Source: an uncultured Vicinamibacterales bacterium
GTDB lineage: Bacteria; Acidobacteriota; Vicinamibacteria; Vicinamibacterales; JAHECP01
Assembly: GCA_964478975.1 (NCBI GenBank)
Contig: CAYZKQ010000002.1
Location: 1 to 53,043 of the forward strand
Reading direction: 5' to 3'
Length of the DNA stretch: 53,043 nucleotides
Part shown: in pieces, positions 47,213 through 53,043 of the stretch
Layout: every line of letters starts with the position of its first letter
Numbering within the stretch: position 1 is the first letter of the stretch
The notes under the pieces: generated by a model
Database searches by the model: none
What the model was told of the DNA's origin: nothing
The model's input: the letters and a program-made list of their open reading frames with translations, nothing else
Made by a program: the position numbers and the translations under genes

Positions 47213-48001
47213 ATGGCTTACGCCGCGGGCGTCGATGTCGGGTCGACGCAGACCAAGGCGGTCGTCCTCGACGAAGACCGCCGGATCGTGGGGCGCGCGC
47301 TGGTCGAGACCGGGGCCAACGTCGTCCGCGCCGCGGAAGACGCGTTCGCGGCCGCCCTGGCCGACGCGGGGCTCAACGACACGCAGGTCGACCTGGTCGC
47401 CGGCACCGGCTACGGGCGGTACCGGGTCACGTTCGGTAACTTCCAGGTGACCGAGATCAGTTGCCACGCGCGCGGCGCGGTGCATCTGTTTCCCGCGACC
47501 CGGACGGTCGTCGACATGGGCGGCCAGGACACCAAGGCGATCCGCGTCGGCCCCTCCGGCGAGATCCTCGATTTCTGCATGAACGACAAGTGCGCCGCCG
47601 GGACCGGGCGCTTCCTCGGGGCAGCGTCCGCCGCCCTCGAGATCCCCCTCGACGAGCTCGGCCCCACGGCCCTCCGCGCCGAACGCGCCGTGCCCATCAC
47701 CACGACGTGCACGGTCTTCGCCGAGTCGGAGGTCCTCTCGTGGCTGGCGCGCGGGAAGAAGATCGAGGACATCCTGCTCGGCGTCCACCAGTCGATCGTG
47801 GCGCGGACGATGGGATTGCTGCGGCGGGTGGGCATCGAGCGCGAGGTCACCTTCACCGGCGGCGTCACGCGCAACGTCGGCGTCGTCAAGGTTTTGAACG
47901 ACGCGCTGGGGTTCGAGGTGAACGTGAGCCCCGAGGCGCACTTCATGGGCGCGATCGGCGCCGCGCTGTTCGCGCTCGACCGCGTCCTGAGCGTCCGATG
48001 A
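47213..48001 (+). CDS. bcrD: Benzoyl-CoA reductase ATPase subunit (BadF/BadG/BcrA/BcrD family; BzdP/BcrD-like by position)
   Basis: [21 protein letters not shown] and [12 protein letters not shown] (cluster-bridging Cys) are present, in 262 aa. Confidence 0.75.
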   Translation: MAYAAGVDVGSTQTKAVVLDEDRRIVGRALVETGANVVRAAEDAFAAALADAGLNDTQVDLVAGTGYGRYRVTFGNFQVTEISCHARGAVHLFPATRTVVDMGGQDTKAIRVGPSGEILDFCMNDKCAAGTGRFLGAASAALEIPLDELGPTALRAERAVPITTTCTVFAESEVLSWLARGKKIEDILLGVHQSIVARTMGLLRRVGIEREVTFTGGVTRNVGVVKVLNDALGFEVNVSPEAHFMGAIGAALFALDRVLSVR

Positions 48002-48879
48002 TCTACACCGCGGGCATCGACGTGGGCTCGACCTACACGAAGGCGGTCATCCTCGACGAGCGCGACCGGATCGTCGGGCGCGCGATCGCCCGGACCGGGT
48101 TCCGGCTGGCGGACGCCGCCCAGCGGGTCTACGACCTCGCGCGCGCCGAGGCCGGGCTCGCGCCGGGCGACGTGGCCTACGTCATGACGACGGGCTACGG
48201 CCGCTTCCAGGTGCCGTTCCGCAGCTTCCAGGTCACCGACCTGACGGCCGGGGCGCGCGGCGCCGCCGTGTTTTTCCCGCGCACGCGCACCGTGCTCGAC
48301 ATCGGCGGCCAGACCATGAAGGCGAGCCGACTCGACGAGCGCCACCGCGTCACGGCCTTCCGCCTCAACGACAAGTGCGCCGCCGGGACCGGCGCGTTCC
48401 TCGAGAAGACCGCGCGGTATCTCGGCTACGCGACCGAAGAGATCGGCCCCCTCGCCGCGACCTCCCACCAGCCGGTACCCATTTCCGGCGTGTGCGCCGT
48501 GTTCGCCGAGTCGGAGGTCATCAACCACCTGTCCCAGGGCGCCGCACCCGCCGATATCATGGCCGGGGCCATCGCCTCCCTCGGCGACCGCGCGGTGCAA
48601 CTGCTCAAGCGCATCCAGATGCAGCCGGAGGTCACCCTCGTCGGGGGCATCCTGCGCTTCGAGCCCATGGTCGCCCTCATCCGCAGCAAGCTGGGCGACG
48701 GGGTGAACGTCCTCCCCTCGGATGTGGTGCAGTTCGTCGCCGCGCTGGGCGCGGCGTGGTTGGGCCGGCGCCGGGTCCTCACGGGCGGCGCGCGCGGGGC
48801 GCCGGACGGGCGCCAGACGGCGCCGGTGCCCTCCGGCGCGATCGAGGGACGCGACCCGGCGTGCGACCGGTGCCACTGA
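47998..48879 (+). CDS. bcrA: Benzoyl-CoA reductase ATPase subunit (BzdQ/BcrA-like by position)
   Basis: [21 protein letters not shown] and [12 protein letters not shown] are present. It has an ATGA overlap with the preceding gene and is 293 aa with a Cys-containing tail (PACDRCH). Confidence 0.75.
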   Translation: MIYTAGIDVGSTYTKAVILDERDRIVGRAIARTGFRLADAAQRVYDLARAEAGLAPGDVAYVMTTGYGRFQVPFRSFQVTDLTAGARGAAVFFPRTRTVLDIGGQTMKASRLDERHRVTAFRLNDKCAAGTGAFLEKTARYLGYATEEIGPLAATSHQPVPISGVCAVFAESEVINHLSQGAAPADIMAGAIASLGDRAVQLLKRIQMQPEVTLVGGILRFEPMVALIRSKLGDGVNVLPSDVVQFVAALGAAWLGRRRVLTGGARGAPDGRQTAPVPSGAIEGRDPACDRCH

Positions 48880-48971
48880 ACGTCTCTCGACGAGGGTGAG
48901 CCAAGCCCCCGGCCGGCGGGCGGCGGCTCGGCGCGCCGGCGACGCGCGTCTGTCCGCGGAGCGTGCGGCCT

Positions 48972-49703
48972 ATGGCGATCGCGATCGATCTCACCGGAGA
49001 GACGGCGTGGGTGACCGGCGCCGCGTCGGGCATCGGCCGGGCGGCGGCCGAGACGCTCGCGGCCGCCGGGGCGCAGGTGGTGGGTCTCGACGTGGCCACG
49101 GTTCCGGCCGCCGGGCAGGCCGCCGGCGTGACGCCCGTCGCCCTCGACGTCCGCGACTCGGCGATGGTCGAGCGCGTGGCGGCGGAACTGGTCGCGCGCG
49201 GGTTGGAGCCGACGGTGCTCGTCAACGCCGCCGGCATCACGCGCGACCAGGTGGTCTGGAAGCTGACCGACGAGATGTGGGCGGCGGTGCTGGAGGTGAA
49301 CCTGACCGGGGCCTTCCACCTCACCCGCGCCGCCGTGCCGATCATGCGCCGCCTGGGGCGGGGCGCGATCGTCAACATCGCGTCGATCAACGCCCTGCGC
49401 GGCAAGTTCGGCCAGGCGAACTACGCCGCGTCGAAAGGCGGGCTCGTCGCCTTCACCCGCGCGGTCGCCCGCGAGGTGGGCCGGTTCGGCATCCGGGTCA
49501 ACGCGGTCGCGCCCGGATTCGTCGAGACCCCCATGACCGCCGGCCTCCCGCCGGCCGTGCGCGCCCAGGCAGAAGCCGAGGTGCTGCTCGGCCGCCTCGG
49601 CCGTCCGGAGGACATCGCCCACGCAGTCCTCTTCCTGGCCTCACCCCTCGCGGCCCACGTGACGGGCCACGTGCTGGTGGTCGACGGCGGCCAGACCGCG
49701 TGA
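48972..49703 (+). CDS. Short-chain dehydrogenase/reductase (FabG-like 3-oxoacyl reductase)
   Basis: TGAASGIGRA, NAAG and the catalytic YAASKGG are present. The ORF opens at GTG 48963; ATG 48972 is preferred. Confidence 0.85.
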   Translation: MAIAIDLTGETAWVTGAASGIGRAAAETLAAAGAQVVGLDVATVPAAGQAAGVTPVALDVRDSAMVERVAAELVARGLEPTVLVNAAGITRDQVVWKLTDEMWAAVLEVNLTGAFHLTRAAVPIMRRLGRGAIVNIASINALRGKFGQANYAASKGGLVAFTRAVAREVGRFGIRVNAVAPGFVETPMTAGLPPAVRAQAEAEVLLGRLGRPEDIAHAVLFLASPLAAHVTGHVLVVDGGQTA

Positions 49704-49735
49704 GCCGATCGAGCGGCTGAGCCAGGCATTGAGGT

Positions 49736-52369
49736 GTGGCCTGCCGGCGGCGCCGCGCTATCATGAGCCCTGGACGCATGGAGGAGGCGAGCGACAGCCC
49801 AGGCAGCCGGAGGCTGGGGGCCCGTCTGGGGCCGGTGTGTCTCGCGGGCGCGGTCGTTGCCGGCGGCGCGTGGCTGGCCGCGGTGTTCGCGGCTCACGAG
49901 CGCGCGGCGCTGGTCGAGGGGTGGCGGGCCCGGCTGTCGGCGATGGCCGACGATCGCCAGCGGGCGATCGAAGGCTGGCTCCGCGAGCGGGACGGCGACC
50001 TGCGGGTGCTGGCGAGTTTCCCGACCACCCGCGCGCTCGTCGCCGCCGAGGTGAAGCCCGGCCACTCCTTGGCCGCGGCGCAGAGTCCCGAAGCCCATCT
50101 CAGCGAGCTACTCGGCTACGTCGGGCGGGCCTACGGGTACCGGGGTGTCTGGGTGGTGCGCGGCGAGACCGTCCTCGCGAGGAGCCCAGGCGCCCGCGAA
50201 CTGACGGTCAGCGACCTCGAGGTCGCGCGGCGGGTCGCAGCCGGCCGCGATCCCCTCGGCGGCCTGACCACGGCGCCCGGCGGCCCGGCCCTGATCGTCG
50301 CCGCGTGGGTCGACGGGACGCCGGGGCCGCGGCGGGCCGGCCTGGTGGTGGTGGAGGTCGACCCGGCGCGGTTCCTGTACGCGGTGCTGGCCCCGCCGCC
50401 ATTTGCGAGCCGCACGGCCGAGAGTTTGCTCGCGGCGCGCGAGGGACATGACCTTGTGTTCCTGGGCCCGCTGCGGCACGCCAGCGCGCGGCCCCTCGAA
50501 CTGCGCCGGCCGTTCGAAGGCCCGGCGCTCGCCGCGCGCCACGCGCTTGTCGCGGGGACCGACTTCGGCGAGTTCACCGATTACCGCGGGGTCCGGGTGC
50601 TCGCCGCGACGCGCCGGATCCAGAGCCGGCCGTGGGGGCTCGTCGTGAAGGTCGACCGCGACGAGGCGCTCGCCCCATTCCGCACCGAGATGCGGCTGTT
50701 CGCCACGGCGCTGGCGTTCGCGCTGGTGGCGATCGCGGCGATCGTCGCGAGCGTCCGGCGGGCCGAGCGGTTCCGCGCGCGCATGCAGGCGGTGCAGGAC
50801 CGGGCCCGGTTCGCGACGCTCCTCGACCAGGCGGAGGACGTCATCTTGTTTGTCGATCCCGCAGGCCCGCTGCTCGAGGCCAACCGCCGCGCCGAGCAGG
50901 TCTACGGCTACACCCGGGACGAGCTGCGGCGGATGCGGGCGCACGAGCTGCGGCCGCCGGAGGATCGCGACGAGGTCACGGGACGGCTGGCCCAGACTGT
51001 CGAGCAGGGGGCCGCCCGGTTCGAGGCGGTGCACCAGCGCAAGGACGGCACCCGGTTTCCCGTCGAGGTCAACGCCCGGTTGGTCGATGCCGGGGGCGAT
51101 CGGATCATCGTGGCGATCGTCCGGGACATGACCGAGTCGAAGGCCCAGCAAGCCGCTCTGAGCGAGAGCCGCGCGAAGCTCGTCGCCGCCGAGCAGCAGT
51201 TGCTGCAAGCGCAGAAGCTCGAGGCCGTCGGCCGCCTGGCGGCCGGCGTCGCCCACGACTTCAACAACCTGCTCACGGTCGTGGCCGGCTACGCCCGGCT
51301 CGTGGCCGACTCGCTGGCCCCCGACGATCCCCGGCGGCAGGATATGGCCGAAATCCTGAGCGCCGCCGACCGCGCGACCCAACTAACCCGTCAGCTCCTC
51401 GCGTTTGGCCGCCGCCAGGTGCTGCAGCCGCGCGTCCTCAATCTCAATACGGTGGTCGCCGGGGTGGTCCAGATGCTCGAGCGGGTGATCGGCGAGGACG
51501 TCCGGCTCGTCCTGCGCACGGACCCCGAGCTGGGCGCGGTCGAGGTGGACGAGGGACAGATCCAGCAGGTCCTGATGAACCTCGCGGTCAACGCGCGGGA
51601 TGCGATGCCCGACGGGGGCACCCTCACAATCGAGACGGCCAACGTGGTGCTCACCGAGGAGACTGCTCTCGAGCACGTGCCGGCCCGCCCTGGCGCCTAC
51701 GTGATGCTCGCGGTTTCCGACAGCGGCATCGGGATGGATGCGGACACCCGCGCCCGGGCGTTCGAGCCGTTCTTCACGACGAAGCCTGAAGGGAAAGGTA
51801 CCGGCCTCGGCCTGTCGATGGTCTACGGGATCGTCAAGCAGAGCGGCGGCTACATCGGGGTGGAGAGCGGGCCCGGCCGCGGCGCGACCTTCCGGATGTA
51901 TTTCCCGCGCGTCGACCGGCCGGTCGCGCTGTCTCCACCTCCGCCCGCGCCGGCGGCGTCTGCGGGCGCGCGCGGCGAGACCGTCCTCGTGGTCGAGGAC
52001 CAGCCGGCAGTGCGGGAGTTCGCCCGCCGAGTTCTCGAGGACCGCGGGTACCAGGTGCGGCTGGCCGCCGACGGGCGGGAGGCGCTCGGGCTGATCGAGC
52101 GCGAGGGCGCCTCCATCGACCTGCTGATCACGGACCTGGTCATGCCGGAGATGGGCGGCCTGGATCTCTGGCATCGGGCCCGTGCGGTGCGGCCCGGCCT
52201 GCGCGTCCTGTTCACCTCCGGGTATTCCAGCGACGCCGGTCAGGTGCGCCGCCTGCCGGACGGGGCGTGCTTTCTGCCGAAGCCCTTCGGGCCGACGGCG
52301 CTCCTCGACGGAGTCGAGCGCGCGCTCGGCCGCGCAGAACCGCCCCGCGCGGAGCGACCGCGAGAATGA
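49736..52369 (+). CDS. Hybrid sensor histidine kinase / response regulator (periplasmic sensor - PAS - HisKA - HATPase - REC)
   Basis: Two TM helices flank a periplasmic region of about 280 aa. It also has a PAS domain ([26 protein letters not shown]), the H-box [18 protein letters not shown], and a REC domain ([11 protein letters not shown]...[13 protein letters not shown]). Confidence 0.9.
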   Translation: MACRRRRAIMSPGRMEEASDSPGSRRLGARLGPVCLAGAVVAGGAWLAAVFAAHERAALVEGWRARLSAMADDRQRAIEGWLRERDGDLRVLASFPTTRALVAAEVKPGHSLAAAQSPEAHLSELLGYVGRAYGYRGVWVVRGETVLARSPGARELTVSDLEVARRVAAGRDPLGGLTTAPGGPALIVAAWVDGTPGPRRAGLVVVEVDPARFLYAVLAPPPFASRTAESLLAAREGHDLVFLGPLRHASARPLELRRPFEGPALAARHALVAGTDFGEFTDYRGVRVLAATRRIQSRPWGLVVKVDRDEALAPFRTEMRLFATALAFALVAIAAIVASVRRAERFRARMQAVQDRARFATLLDQAEDVILFVDPAGPLLEANRRAEQVYGYTRDELRRMRAHELRPPEDRDEVTGRLAQTVEQGAARFEAVHQRKDGTRFPVEVNARLVDAGGDRIIVAIVRDMTESKAQQAALSESRAKLVAAEQQLLQAQKLEAVGRLAAGVAHDFNNLLTVVAGYARLVADSLAPDDPRRQDMAEILSAADRATQLTRQLLAFGRRQVLQPRVLNLNTVVAGVVQMLERVIGEDVRLVLRTDPELGAVEVDEGQIQQVLMNLAVNARDAMPDGGTLTIETANVVLTEETALEHVPARPGAYVMLAVSDSGIGMDADTRARAFEPFFTTKPEGKGTGLGLSMVYGIVKQSGGYIGVESGPGRGATFRMYFPRVDRPVALSPPPPAPAASAGARGETVLVVEDQPAVREFARRVLEDRGYQVRLAADGREALGLIEREGASIDLLITDLVMPEMGGLDLWHRARAVRPGLRVLFTSGYSSDAGQVRRLPDGACFLPKPFGPTALLDGVERALGRAEPPRAERPRE

Positions 52370-53016
52370 CCCCGCCGCGGCGCGCGGGCGCCCGCCGGCC
52401 CATGTCACCACCACGCCCGCCGGCGAATCCTTCCGATCAGCCGGACGACCTCGCCCGGCTCGTGCGCGCGGCGCGCGCCGGCAGTCGGGCGGCGCTGGAG
52501 CACCTGCTCGTGCGAGCGCAGGAAGCCGCCTGGCGGTTCAGCGTCCTGGTGTGCGGCGGGGCCGCCGCCGATGCCGAGGACGCCATGCAGGAAGCCCTCG
52601 TGAAGACGTTCCGCTACGTGCGCCGGATCCGCGAGCCCGAGGCCTTCCGCGCGTGGCTGTATCGGACCGTCCGCAACGCGTGCCTGATGGGTCGGCGCCG
52701 GCGTGTGGGCGAACCCGCCCAGACCTTGTCGCTCGACGATCTGCTCCCTGCCGGCGGTGCCGACGCTCCCGGGCGCGAGCCGGCGGACCGCGGGCGGCGG
52801 CCGGACGAGCTCGTGGCGCAGGCGCAGCTCCGCCGGCGCCTGCGCGCGGCGCTCGCCAAGCTGCCGCCGGCCTACCGGGCCGTCGTGGTGCTCCGCGAGA
52901 TGGAGGGCCTGTCGACGCGCGAGGTGGCCGAGGTGCTGGGGATTTCGGAGGCGAACGTGAAGACGCGGCTGCACCGCGCCCGGCTGTTCCTGAGAAAGGC
53001 GCTGCAGCAGGTATGA
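52366..53016 (+). CDS. ECF (sigma-70 group IV) sigma factor
   Basis: Region 2 (DAEDAMQEALVKTFRYVRR...FRAWLYRTVRNAC) and region 4 (VVLREMEGLSTREVAEVLGISEANVKTRLHRAR) are present. ATG 52366 overlaps the kinase stop (ATGA); an alternative start is 52402. Confidence 0.85.
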   Translation: MTPPRRAGARRPMSPPRPPANPSDQPDDLARLVRAARAGSRAALEHLLVRAQEAAWRFSVLVCGGAAADAEDAMQEALVKTFRYVRRIREPEAFRAWLYRTVRNACLMGRRRRVGEPAQTLSLDDLLPAGGADAPGREPADRGRRPDELVAQAQLRRRLRAALAKLPPAYRAVVVLREMEGLSTREVAEVLGISEANVKTRLHRARLFLRKALQQV

Positions 53017-53043
53017 CGCGGCGGCCGGTCTCCCGGGCGTGCC
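53013..53043 (+). CDS. Start of a probable anti-sigma factor (partial, runs off the window)
   Basis: ATG 53013 overlaps the sigma-factor stop (ATGA). Only 10 codons are visible (MTRRPVSRAC), so the call rests on position alone. Confidence 0.3.
   Translation, partial: MTRRPVSRAC

Overview
Very GC-rich (roughly 70% by eye) bacterial chromosomal segment of Gram-negative type (outer-membrane beta-barrel, lipoproteins). No rRNA, tRNA, CRISPR array, IS element or phage gene was recognised. Many long ORFs in the track are Arg/Pro/Gly/Ala-rich antisense or out-of-frame GC artefacts. The real genes were picked by recognisable motifs, Shine-Dalgarno sites and ATGA/GTGA start-stop overlaps. Left to right: (1) an acyl-CoA synthetase-carrier fusion, alanine racemase, a signal-peptide peroxiredoxin interrupted by an in-frame UGA (probable selenocysteine), a HypE-like protein and a Zn-ADH. 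(2) A regulatory block: PAS histidine kinase-USP, response regulator, NtrC-type activator, then a sigma54-driven operon NifU-like / bEBP / DUF302 / 29-aa membrane peptide / paralogous bEBP, plus Crp/Fnr with a hemerythrin-like protein. (3) An MtrA/MtrB (PioAB/MtoAB-like) porin-decaheme conduit plus a monohaem cytochrome c, then feoB-feoA, a NosL-like lipoprotein and a radical SAM/SPASM protein. (4) A tightly coupled 5-gene operon: NarI-like membrane protein, NAS/NAP-like Mo-bisPGD subunit, 4x[4Fe-4S] subunit, membrane-anchored Rieske protein and a microprotein. I cannot assign this subunit combination to any described enzyme. (5) A clade-II (Sec-signal) nosZ cluster, nosZ-nosB-nosD-nosF-nosL-nosY. 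It follows, on the same strand with short gaps, a GltD-like NAD(P)H oxidoreductase/ferredoxin fusion, a Rieske protein, cytochrome b and a membrane pentahaem cytochrome c. (6) An anaerobic benzoyl-CoA module (had, oah, dch, hemerythrin, four class-I reductase subunits), an SDR, a hybrid histidine kinase and an ECF sigma/anti-sigma pair. At least eight -24/-12 (sigma54-type) promoter matches lie in intergenic regions. The best candidates for something undescribed are the Mo/FeS/Rieske/NarI-like operon, the NAD(P)H-linked Rieske/cyt b complex wired to NosZ, and the paired sensor-less bEBPs with a conserved 4-Cys insert.
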